Below, piece after piece: positions 49,142 to 56,609 of a DNA stretch of 56,932 nt. Source of the DNA: a virus (Duplodnaviria; Caudoviricetes); IMG/VR virus record IMGVR_UViG_3300040781_000267, positions 1-56,932 of that record, one strand, 5' to 3'. The stretch's first letter is position 1; the number at the start of each line of letters is the position of its first letter. The position numbers and the translations under genes were made by a program. The notes below the pieces were generated by a model, which did no database searches, was not told where the DNA came from, and was given only the letters and a program-made list of their open reading frames with translations.

Positions 49142-49227
49142 TGGTGCTCAGGACGGGACTCGAACCCGTATGCCTCGCGGCGGCGCTGTTTAAGAACGCT
49201 ATGTATACCAAATTCCATCACCTGAGC
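49142..49227 (-). tRNA. tRNA-Leu(UAA)
   Basis: GCTCAGG/CCTGAGC-ACCA; loop CTTAAAC; V-arm; TTCGAGT T-loop. Confidence 0.92.
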
Positions 49228-49228
49228 A

Positions 49229-49837
49229 TTATTTCAATAATCTCTTAGCGCGTTCGTAGTTGCCACCCTTAGCAGCAAGTCCTACACTAATTAACGCTTG
49301 TCGTATGTTAGCACACTCGTTCAGAGCTGTCAACAGTTCTTTGTCGGACACTTTCGTCTTACCTGTATTATTTCTACCCTTAAATGTATCAGTCTGGCTA
49401 TGACAATTTGGACAAAGGTATCTAAGGTTTAAAAGCCGATTATCTGTATTGTCGCCGTTTATGTGGTCGAGGTCTAGCACAATTGTCTCACCTTGCCACA
49501 TACCGTCTAGTCCACACTTCGAACACTCGTATGCGCCTAGCAAATTATCAGAAACAATACGCTGCTTTACCATTTCGTTAGAATGTCTGCTGTTTTTCAC
49601 AAACACCTCAGCATTCGTTGTTTTAATTTTCCCCCTAGACCAGGCCATCTTGTCCTTAGTAGTCTGTGGTAGGTCTGCATACACGTATGGCTTTCTTCCA
49701 TCCTGGTAACTAACAGTATTAATGGCACTGTTCTTTTCTTTCAATGCAGAACAGCTGGAGGAGTGTGCCGAACAACAGTGGGTGCCGTTTTTTAAAGTGA
49801 ACTTGGCATCAGAGCCGCAACCATATTTACATAACAT
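49229..49837 (-). CDS. Free-standing HNH endonuclease
   Basis: CSKCG...LDLDHINGDNTDNRLLNLRYLCPNCHSQTDT. Confidence 0.88.
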   Translation of the reverse strand: MLCKYGCGSDAKFTLKNGTHCCSAHSSSCSALKEKNSAINTVSYQDGRKPYVYADLPQTTKDKMAWSRGKIKTTNAEVFVKNSRHSNEMVKQRIVSDNLLGAYECSKCGLDGMWQGETIVLDLDHINGDNTDNRLLNLRYLCPNCHSQTDTFKGRNNTGKTKVSDKELLTALNECANIRQALISVGLAAKGGNYERAKRLLK

Positions 49838-49880
49838 AAATATATTTATCGGTATACATACTTTTTAACTTAAACTCTGG

Positions 49881-50120
49881 CTATACTAAATTTTGAACAA
49901 ATCCTACCAAGCCAGTATAGCCGCCAGGAAGATATTCTCCATCTACGAAGATCTGAGGAACTGTTTTAAGTGGGACTGGCATACGTGCCTGTAGAGATTC
50001 CTTTAGTGTTGGGTCTGTCTGAAGGTCAAGATAGGTGTACGATAACTGATTAGCATCGCACACCTTCTTTGCTTGAACGCAATACCCGCAACCGGGTCTG
50101 CCATAAATTTCGATGTTCAT
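49881..50120 (-). CDS. Glutaredoxin
   Basis: CGYC, TVPQIF and GGY. Confidence 0.92.
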   Translation of the reverse strand: MNIEIYGRPGCGYCVQAKKVCDANQLSYTYLDLQTDPTLKESLQARMPVPLKTVPQIFVDGEYLPGGYTGLVGFVQNLV

Positions 50121-50157
50121 TTGTATCCTCTATTATCTAGGGGTTACAAATTAACCC

Positions 50158-50760
50158 CTACTTTAGTTGTACTGCCTTTTTAAATGTTACACCCTTTGCC
50201 CAGTATTTCTCAAATGGGCCGCCGTCTTCGAAATCCCTAGGGGTAAACTCGTTCGACGGTAAATCGTTTGTCATTAACCCCATTCTTTGCAGAGACTCAG
50301 CTACTAATTCGGAACAAAACAAAGACGATACGTCTCGCTTGTTTGGGCGGAGCCAGCTAAAATCTAGTAACGACTTTGCTAGCTGCCAGTAATTCTTTTC
50401 GTACGGCTTACCCTTCGATTCACGACGGAATTCTGCTAGAATTCCAATCATTTTCTTTGTTACTCTGCCATCGTACTGTCTAACCCAAACCTCGCCCTTG
50501 TACTCGTCTAGTCGGTCAGATAGTGTAACTGTTTGGACTCCGATGCGTATTTCGCCAGTGTCCATATCTTTGACTTTACTCAACCCGGTCGACTCCCAAA
50601 TTAGTACCATATTTAAATCATTGCTTTTAACAATAATGCCAACATGAGACCACTTCGATCGACTAAAAAACTTTACAATTCCGCTAACAAATCCTTTTCC
50701 TGCAAATAACACAACATCGCCCGTGTTGAGTTCTTCACGAATATTCCTGTAGTTTTCCAT
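50158..50760 (-). CDS. Permuted papain-like NlpC/P60 (YiiX/YebB-like) enzyme
   Basis: GDVVLF, WSHVGI (His before Cys), GKPY, FCSELVA and PRDF. Confidence 0.8.
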   Translation of the reverse strand: MENYRNIREELNTGDVVLFAGKGFVSGIVKFFSRSKWSHVGIIVKSNDLNMVLIWESTGLSKVKDMDTGEIRIGVQTVTLSDRLDEYKGEVWVRQYDGRVTKKMIGILAEFRRESKGKPYEKNYWQLAKSLLDFSWLRPNKRDVSSLFCSELVAESLQRMGLMTNDLPSNEFTPRDFEDGGPFEKYWAKGVTFKKAVQLK

Positions 50761-50832
50761 TGTACCCTCCTGTATGCCTAACTAACAAACATATTTATCA
50801 GAGAAGGGTGGAATTTTATATAGTGTTATAAG

Positions 50833-50860
50833 AAAAAGGGCCACCGTTAGGCAGCCCTTT
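50833..50860 (-). terminator. Intrinsic terminator after tmRNA
   Basis: AAAGGGCTGCC-TAAC-GGTGGCCCTTTTT. Confidence 0.85.
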
Positions 50861-51130
50861 CTGATTATTCTGTTGCTAGGTGATCAACCCCGGATAACCT
50901 ACGCCGCTAGGGCAAGGTCTCCATAGAATGCATCATTTGCTGCATTTATTAAAGTTCTTCGCGTTTACGGCAGCTTAGATCGCCGATTCCTCGTTATTAC
51001 TTCTTAAGCTAGTCGATTCCATGAACCCTCCCATTAATAAGTACACTAGCATCAATGCACTTATTGGTGGAAGAGCCGGGATTCGAACCCGGGTCCTAGC
51101 CTTAATCCGTTTCAAACTCAGACGGAATTC
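50861..51130 (-). ncRNA. ssrA: Circularly permuted two-piece tmRNA
   Basis: Acceptor piece ends CCGGG-TTCGAAT-CCCGG-CTCTTCC-ACCA (51065). Hairpin spacer 51064-51033. Coding piece starts GGGAGGG-TTCATGGAATCGAC (51032) with G3:U70. Tag ORF 50943-50899 encodes AANDAFYGDLALAA*. Outer ends approximate. Confidence 0.92.
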
Positions 51131-51141
51131 TTTTTAGTAGT

Positions 51142-51306
51142 TATGCTCTCGCGGCATCACAGAAACTGTTGCAACAGTATGCATGTTATCTATTGTATTA
51201 CAATGGCTAATAGCAACCATAATTTTCGACGAACATACCGTCGAGAATAATTTATTGTCCTACGCCCTAGCGGTCAGTATGTGAACATGGGGCGATTGAG
51301 AGCATA
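51142..51306 (-). ncRNA. Candidate 165-nt structured ncRNA
   Basis: 9-bp terminal stem TATGCTCTC/GAGAGCATA; inner hairpins with complementary ACATAC/GTATGT loops. Confidence 0.55.
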
Positions 51307-51310
51307 TCGC

Positions 51311-51555
51311 TTAGAATACATCCAAGGTCTACTGGTACCAACATGTAACAGGCACAGCACCTACAATAGTGCATGTATGTCAACAGCGGTGATACCTGGC
51401 GTACCACTCCAGATCGTTGTGCAATTTCGTGCATTTCGGATTTAGGATGCATTGGAACGGTTTCTGTTGACAAGCACCGTTAGGCTCCGAAACAATCATA
51501 GCTTACGCTAGAGGACCACGACTCAATCTCATGGCGAAACGTGGACCTTCTCTAA
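51311..51555 (-). ncRNA. Candidate 245-nt structured ncRNA
   Basis: Terminal TTAGA/TCTAA and AAGGTCCAC/GTAGACCTT; inner TGTCAACAG/CTGTTGACA. Confidence 0.5.
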
Positions 51556-51579
51556 TTTTTATCACTTGAAACCCTTATT

Positions 51580-51733
51580 TGGTGGCGGATGAAGGACTCG
51601 AACCTTCAACAGCGTCATGCATGGTATTTCTGAACATAGCTAGTTCCGGACTTCACTACATTTTACTCTACCAGCGGCCTTGTTCGCGCCCCGATTTCCG
51701 CATCGGTTGCTTTACCAATTTGCATAATCCGCG
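51580..51733 (-). tRNA. 154-nt tRNA-like RNA with about 80-nt variable arm and irregular anticodon loop
   Basis: CGCGGAT/ATCCGCC-ACCA; D-arm TGC-AAATTGGTAAA-GCA; CCGAT-GCGGAA-ATCGG; T-arm GAAGG-TTCGAGT-CCTTC. Confidence 0.65.
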
Positions 51734-51739
51734 TCTATT

Positions 51740-51819
51740 TGGCACCCCGCGCAAGATTCGAACTCGCATGTTTCCAATTATCCTTTCTATCGGGTAGAAA
51801 CCGAAGGGAATACCGGGGC
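51740..51819 (-). tRNA. Atypical tRNA-Arg(UCU)-like RNA without a canonical D-arm
   Basis: GCCCCG/CGGGGT-GCCA; TCGG-TTTCTAC-CCGA arm; GCGAG-TTCGAAT-CTTGC T-arm; D-loop-like AATTGGAAA lies 3' of the anticodon arm. Confidence 0.6.
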
Positions 51820-51855
51820 TACATTCTTTTAATTAATAATTTTTTAGCACCACTG

Positions 51856-52080
51856 TTAATTAGAATTCTGTATGATACTCAGTAATTCCTGTGTGCTAAT
51901 AATCTCACACTTTTTTTGTATTTCTTCTATTCTTTTCTTAGGTATATCGTAGTGTTTGTACTTAGCACTACTATGATACCAACAGCGTTTTATTCCTAAA
52001 TTTTCTGCCATTTTGTGCAAATTTTTAACGCTATACGGTACGCAAATTAGGTGCCTAGCATTGTCGCAGTAGTATTTCAT
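51856..52080 (-). CDS. DUF4031-like small protein
   Basis: HL......LHKMAENLGIKRCWYH....HYDI; start set at ATG 52080 because the upstream part of the track ORF is tRNA. Confidence 0.7.
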   Translation of the reverse strand: MKYYCDNARHLICVPYSVKNLHKMAENLGIKRCWYHSSAKYKHYDIPKKRIEEIQKKCEIISTQELLSIIQNSN

Positions 52081-52083
52081 AAT

Positions 52084-52171
52084 TGGCGGAAGGCGGAGGT
52101 CTCGATCCCCATGCCCGTTAAGGCACGAACAACTTTCCAAGTTGTCTCAGTCCCCGACTGATTCACCTTCC
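52084..52171 (-). tRNA. 8/4-type tRNA-Ser(GGA)
   Basis: Same frame as 44717-44804; D-stem TCAGTC/GACTGA; loop TTGGAAA; 3' half identical to the CGA copy. Confidence 0.85.
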
Positions 52172-52512
52172 AATTTAGCAACCGTAAATGCATGTACTAT
52201 TGCATCTAGCGATTCTTCAAAAATCTTTTCGTTTTCTGTTGCTGGACGAATAACCTCTTCGTCGTCCCATCCGTGGCTGCCGCCGCGTACTTCCCAAGAA
52301 TGTTCCCACTCTCCGTTTTTGTTTATATAAATGCGTTCGTAATCATCGCTCAATCCGATTGCTGTTAGGAATTGTTTACGAACTCCGACACGCATTGTAT
52401 CGATGTCTATCAATCCAGATTCGACTAACATCTTAACGTCCTGCTCGGATACATACACTTCTACTTTCTTTTTTTTCACTTGTGTTGCATTTAGTTTAAT
52501 TTTCTTCATCAT
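52147..52512 (-). CDS. Hypothetical protein
   Basis: Coupled to the leuA stop; its 3' end overlaps the tRNA-Ser(GGA) 5' end by 25 nt. Confidence 0.6.
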   Translation of the reverse strand: MMKKIKLNATQVKKKKVEVYVSEQDVKMLVESGLIDIDTMRVGVRKQFLTAIGLSDDYERIYINKNGEWEHSWEVRGGSHGWDDEEVIRPATENEKIFEESLDAIVHAFTVAKLEGESVGD

Positions 52513-54041
52513 ACACCCCCACGTTGGGGGTGTATTATAGCATCACTTTCTAAAAGGTTCAATGCATTTATATACGCCTTTGCTGATGCAACAACAATGT
52601 CTGTATCAGCGCCTGTTCCATTTACAATACGGCCGTCTTTTTCTAACCGTACTAAAACCTCGCCCTGAGCGTCTGCACCTTCGGTGATTGCATTCACAGA
52701 GTACAATATTAGATTAACGTTACTCTTTACCACTGTCTCGATAGATTTAAATGTCGCATCGACTAACCCGTCCCCTGTAGCAAGTTCACTATATTCGCGG
52801 CCGCTTGCAGTGAAGGTTACCTTCGCCTCTTTTAACACCGTTCCTCCACGGCACCAAACATTTACTAATTTATATTTCTCTGTAGAAAAATTAATATTAC
52901 CTGCGAGTGCATATAAATCTTCGTCGAATATTTCATGCTTCTTATCTGCAAGTTCTTTAAACTTCGCAAAAGCAGAATCTATTTCATCTAATGAATCGAA
53001 CGCAATACCCAGGTCATTTAAGCGTGATACAAATGCTGCTCGGCCAGAGTGTTTGCCTAACACAAGTTTATTTGCTTCCCAGCCGACATCTTCGGCGGTC
53101 ATAATTTCGTATGTCTCGCGATGCTTTAATATTCCGTCTTGGTGGATTCCGGCTTCGTGTGCGAATGCGTTTGCACCTACAATTGCTTTGTTAGGCTGTA
53201 CTGCAAATCCGGTCACAGATGATACTAATCTAGATGCTGTGAGTATTTCCTTTGTGTTGATATTTGTTGCTACCGGATAAACATCTGACCGGGTCTTCAC
53301 AGCCATGACTATTTCTTCGAGTGATGCGTTTCCGGCTCTTTCGCCTAGTCCGTTAATAGTACATTCCACTTGACGAGCACCATGCATAACTGCTGATAAA
53401 GAATTAGCTACCGCAAGGCCTAAGTCGTTGTGGCAATGTACTGAGAACACTGCTTTGTCTGAATTTACAACATTATTAATAATGCGCCCAACGTATGCTC
53501 CGAACTCTGCTGGCTCTGCATATCCCACAGTATCTGGCAAATTTATAGTACTAGCACCAGCTACAATTACAGCATCTATAATACGACACAGAAAGTCAAA
53601 CTCGCTGCGACTTGCATCTTCACATGAAAATTCTACATCGTCTACGAGATTTCTTGCTTGGGTGACAGAACGTATTGCTTGGTCCACGACCTGATCGGGT
53701 GTCATATTAAGTTTGTATTGCATGTGAATCGGCGACGTTGCTATAAACGTATGGATTCTCGGACGATGAGCCGACGACAGTGCTTCGGCTGACGCAATTA
53801 TATCTTTCGACATTGCTCGTGCTAAACTAGCAACAATGGGAGTTTTTACTGTGCTAGCTACTGCCCTAACCGACTCGAAATCGCCGGGGCTAGCACTTGC
53901 GAAACCTGCTTCGATAACGTCGACATTTAATTTTTCCAAGGTACGAGCTATTCTGACCTTTTCATCTTTAGTCATACTGGCGCCGGGGGATTGCTCCCCG
54001 TCGCGCAGTGTTGTATCGAAAATTATTAACTTGTCTTTCAT
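52509..54041 (-). CDS. leuA: 2-isopropylmalate synthase (full length, with regulatory domain)
   Basis: [63 protein letters not shown] and [12 protein letters not shown]; start at ATG 54041. Confidence 0.95.
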   Translation of the reverse strand: MKDKLIIFDTTLRDGEQSPGASMTKDEKVRIARTLEKLNVDVIEAGFASASPGDFESVRAVASTVKTPIVASLARAMSKDIIASAEALSSAHRPRIHTFIATSPIHMQYKLNMTPDQVVDQAIRSVTQARNLVDDVEFSCEDASRSEFDFLCRIIDAVIVAGASTINLPDTVGYAEPAEFGAYVGRIINNVVNSDKAVFSVHCHNDLGLAVANSLSAVMHGARQVECTINGLGERAGNASLEEIVMAVKTRSDVYPVATNINTKEILTASRLVSSVTGFAVQPNKAIVGANAFAHEAGIHQDGILKHRETYEIMTAEDVGWEANKLVLGKHSGRAAFVSRLNDLGIAFDSLDEIDSAFAKFKELADKKHEIFDEDLYALAGNINFSTEKYKLVNVWCRGGTVLKEAKVTFTASGREYSELATGDGLVDATFKSIETVVKSNVNLILYSVNAITEGADAQGEVLVRLEKDGRIVNGTGADTDIVVASAKAYINALNLLESDAIIHPQRGGV

Positions 54042-54146
54042 AATTATATTGTCACGTCTGGCGCTCACTCTTATATGCCAGCTTTCTTACCATGTGTGCG
54101 CGTATTCATAGAGGCCTGGCTATAGCAACGAGCGTGACTTATTAAA

Positions 54147-54415
54147 TTTGTCCCCGGTGGTGTTCTCACAGAGCTCACAATTTAGCTACTCACGTATTTC
54201 CGAAACCTTTCACTAAAACGACAACCCATTACGTTGTCCGTACCGCCCGATCGCTATTGTCATCATACGGAAATACAAACTTCAATAACGTACAACAAAC
54301 GGTCATCCTACTCGCAACACACGACTCCGGTGTACCGGATATTCTCTCGGCCTGAACGTTGCTTTCGAAGGAGTTGTATCCACCTACGCCAGTGTAGTCA
54401 TTCAACGGGGACAAA
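54147..54415 (-). ncRNA. Candidate 269-nt structured ncRNA
   Basis: 10-bp terminal stem TTTGTCCCCG/CGGGGACAAA; inner GTATTTCCG/CGGAAATAC and GACAAC/GTTGTC; begins right after the tRNA-Gly CCA. Confidence 0.6.
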
Positions 54416-54417
54416 AT

Positions 54418-54491
54418 TGGAGCGGGATACGAGAATCGAACTCGTGTAATCAGCTTGGAAGGCTGGAGCATAACCACTTTGCTAATCCCGC
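54418..54491 (-). tRNA. tRNA-Gly(UCC)
   Basis: GCGGGAT/ATCCCGC-TCCA; loop CTTCCAA; TTCGATT T-loop. Confidence 0.95.
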
Positions 54492-54492
54492 T

Positions 54493-54621
54493 TTAATCTT
54501 TCTTAAACTTTTTCCTAAAATCTGCCAACGCCTTGTCGGCTTGCTTCTTTGCTATGGTGGTATCGTTGTTTTTCCACATAGCCATCATGTATGTCATAAT
54601 CCATAAATCTTCGTCATTCAT
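54493..54621 (-). CDS. Small hypothetical protein (42 aa, below the ORF track cutoff)
   Basis: MNDEDLWIMTYMMAMWKNNDTTIAKKQADKALADFRKKFKKD fills the gap and overlaps the upstream stop. Confidence 0.5.
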   Translation of the reverse strand: MNDEDLWIMTYMMAMWKNNDTTIAKKQADKALADFRKKFKKD

Positions 54622-54946
54622 CTTCGTCATCTTCGTCTAGATCAGGTTCGTCCCAATCTGCATAAACAATGGTGTCGAGGTCAATAACGTCCTTCTGTAA
54701 GGCTAACCCCATCCACGTCAATGTCTGTGCAAGAGCATCGAGGCACTCAATTTCGTCTTCGCAGTTACCGGGGGAAGTATCGGTGAGCACCGGTAAAGGA
54801 TTCTCTGTTACTGCTGTAATCTCACCTGCGGCATTGTAATATACTTCGTGGAGTCCGTATGTAACAGTGGTGCCGTCGATCTTCTTCTTGCCTTTACCTA
54901 TACTCCATGTATGTGTTTCTTTACAGACGCGATAATTCCAAGACAT
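54614..54946 (-). CDS. Phage hypothetical protein
   Basis: MSWNYRV...YGLHEVYY; own promoter. Confidence 0.7.
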   Translation of the reverse strand: MSWNYRVCKETHTWSIGKGKKKIDGTTVTYGLHEVYYNAAGEITAVTENPLPVLTDTSPGNCEDEIECLDALAQTLTWMGLALQKDVIDLDTIVYADWDEPDLDEDDEDE

Positions 54947-54967
54947 ATTGTAATCCCTTAAACCCGT

Positions 54968-54996
54968 ATTATAACACAGCTATATTAAGATGTCAA
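54968..54996 (-). promoter_or_regulatory. Consensus sigma70 promoter
   Basis: TTGACA-17 nt-TATAAT. Confidence 0.85.
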
Positions 54997-55214
54997 GCAG
55001 CCTGTTGTACCGCGTACGAATCACGAACGTTCGTATTGTAATAGTTACCTTTAGACGGTGCCGATAGCCACCTGTTAAAATTTTCTTCAGACATATTTAA
55101 TATTTGATAAATTTGTCCATTGTTCAATGTCATCGCAACATTGCCATTGGTATATGTTATATCTCTAATCCAGGAGCTATCCACTTTTTGTTCCAATAGT
55201 TCGTTAATCTTCAT
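54993..55214 (-). CDS. KTSC-domain protein
   Basis: VDSSWIRDITY...GQIY...APSKGNYYNTNVR. Confidence 0.8.
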   Translation of the reverse strand: MKINELLEQKVDSSWIRDITYTNGNVAMTLNNGQIYQILNMSEENFNRWLSAPSKGNYYNTNVRDSYAVQQAA

Positions 55215-55225
55215 GCATGTATTTA

Positions 55226-55831
55226 TTAAAATTTCATGACTGCGGCAAGTGTAAATGTAGTAGTGTCATATTCCGAATTTAAGCCGTCTAATTTTGTGCT
55301 AGCAGCAAATATTTGGCGGGCGCCAAGGTCGACGCGAATGCTTTTAGTAACATCAAACCTTGCACCGAACCCTACCTGTGCTCCGTATGTAAACGAATCA
55401 TCATCTAGGGGAGTATCAGCATTACCCGATTCAGATACCTTTAGATACATAACACCGGCACCTGCAATAACATACGGACGAAAGTTTTTGCCGGGACGGA
55501 AATCATATGCACCATTCATAAACAATCCAACACCGTCAATAACATTGCCATCGCCCGTGCTTTTAAATCCGTTGTCGGGATCATTGATACCGTGTACCTG
55601 ATTGCGACTATATTGTAAGTCGAGTTCTAAACGATACGAACTTCCGTATTCGCGTCCTATTGTACCAAACACCATCGGGCCCGGTTCAGAGCCGCCTTCT
55701 AGTTCGTCGGAATTATGTGTTTGGTTCCAGAAGCTGGCGCCTGCACCAACCGAATAATAATCCTGGGCAGATACAGAAAAAGTCGAAAAGGAAATAATTG
55801 TAGTGAGTAGTAGTAAAATAGCATATTTCAT
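55226..55831 (-). CDS. Outer-membrane 8-stranded beta-barrel (OmpA/opacity-like)
   Basis: Signal peptide; YRLELDL, NGAYDF, RPYVIAGAG, YGAQVGFG and terminal KF; TATAAATA at 55859-55866. Confidence 0.85.
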   Translation of the reverse strand: MKYAILLLLTTIISFSTFSVSAQDYYSVGAGASFWNQTHNSDELEGGSEPGPMVFGTIGREYGSSYRLELDLQYSRNQVHGINDPDNGFKSTGDGNVIDGVGLFMNGAYDFRPGKNFRPYVIAGAGVMYLKVSESGNADTPLDDDSFTYGAQVGFGARFDVTKSIRVDLGARQIFAASTKLDGLNSEYDTTTFTLAAVMKF

Positions 55832-55970
55832 GAGTGTGTTCCACTTTAGTTTGTATGCTATTTATACGTACTTAATGATACCCTGTAATAGATGTGGGAG
55901 TGAGGTCTGGTCCCTCGTGGGCGGCCGTCATGTACAAAATACAGAGGAATTCGCCAACTCCCTATAAATT

Positions 55971-56042
55971 TGGTGGAGTCACTGGGTAACGATCCCAGTC
56001 TTCCGCACTGCCAGCGCGGAGTCCGTTCCATACGGTAACCCC
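55971..56042 (-). tRNA. Atypical tRNA-Ala(GGC)
   Basis: GGGGTTA/TGACTCC-ACCA with G3:U70; compact D-arm CCGT-ATGGA-ACGG with no U8/A9 linker; loop CTGGCAG; T-loop ATCGTTA. Confidence 0.7.
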
Positions 56043-56044
56043 AA

Positions 56045-56134
56045 TGGCGGAAGGCGGAGGTCTCGATCCCCAAGGGCTATTAACCCTCCACCGGTGTTCA
56101 AAGCCGGGTTGTACTCCTGTACAAGTCACCTTCC
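56045..56134 (-). tRNA. 8/4-type tRNA-Ser(UGA)
   Basis: GGAAGGTG/CGCCTTCC-GCCA; D-stem TTGTAC/GTACAA; loop TTTGAAC; T-loop ATCGAGA. Confidence 0.85.
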
Positions 56135-56140
56135 GTAGTT

Positions 56141-56410
56141 TTAAGTCGGAACATCCGATTTCGGAAAACTCATTATCTTCTCAACAAGTCTCGCCTGTTC
56201 CATTTTCTCTTTCATGTCTCTTTGATATTCGACTTCTTCGATGTACACATCATATGTTACGTAACAATTGTTCTCGCACACATAACAATCGAAATATCCA
56301 GGACCATACACATCTTGTGTGCCGGGATTAAATGTGTTGTCTAGCTCGTGCGCTTCCCCCGGGCATTCCCAAAGCTCTTCAGTCACGGGTGTCTCGCCCA
56401 TAAAATTCAA
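56141..56410 (-). CDS. Hypothetical protein (Cys/His motif)
   Basis: WECP...H and CYVC. Confidence 0.55.
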   Translation of the reverse strand: MNFMGETPVTEELWECPGEAHELDNTFNPGTQDVYGPGYFDCYVCENNCYVTYDVYIEEVEYQRDMKEKMEQARLVEKIMSFPKSDVPT

Positions 56411-56609
56411 CCTCTACAATACCGTGGTGTGCTTTGTACTGCTCGTATGCTTCTAGGAGATCACCGTCGTTGGTGATTAAAGTCAATTCACCATCTTGTG
56501 CAATGATCTCCTTAGGATCAATATCGTGTTCTAAACAGAGCTCATACCACTCTTCGAACATAGTGTATGCTTTTGCTGCGTCGAAGATGCTCATGACTTT
56601 CTGTACCAA
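56379..56609 (-). CDS. Hypothetical acidic protein
   Basis: Packed ORF; true start probably the second Met (MSIF). Confidence 0.55.
   Translation of the reverse strand: MVQKVMSIFDAAKAYTMFEEWYELCLEHDIDPKEIIAQDGELTLITNDGDLLEAYEQYKAHHGIVEVEFYGRDTRD

Noticed and set aside
51740-51819. Amber suppressor (CUA) reading and stop-codon recoding
   Set aside because: The TCGG/CCGA stem centres TCT in the loop. Genes are intact in the standard code and several end in TAG or TGA.
52509-54041. Host contamination or a prophage boundary at leuA
   Set aside because: Phage-type genes, promoters and tRNAs continue on both sides on the same strand; no integrase or att repeat was seen.
54050-54140. Leucine attenuator upstream of leuA
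   Set aside because: No leader peptide with a start codon and a Leu run, and no terminator with a U-tract.
44717-56134. GGAAG-starting tRNAs as tRNA-Sec or opal suppressors
   Set aside because: Anticodons are CGA, GGA and UGA (Ser), not UCA, and no sel genes are present.
48840-56331. ORFs overlapping RNA genes (48840..49211, 51267..51473, 51579..51797, 54229..54477, 55858..56073, 56044..56331)
   Set aside because: They run through tRNA or structured RNA sequence and lack RBS or protein features.
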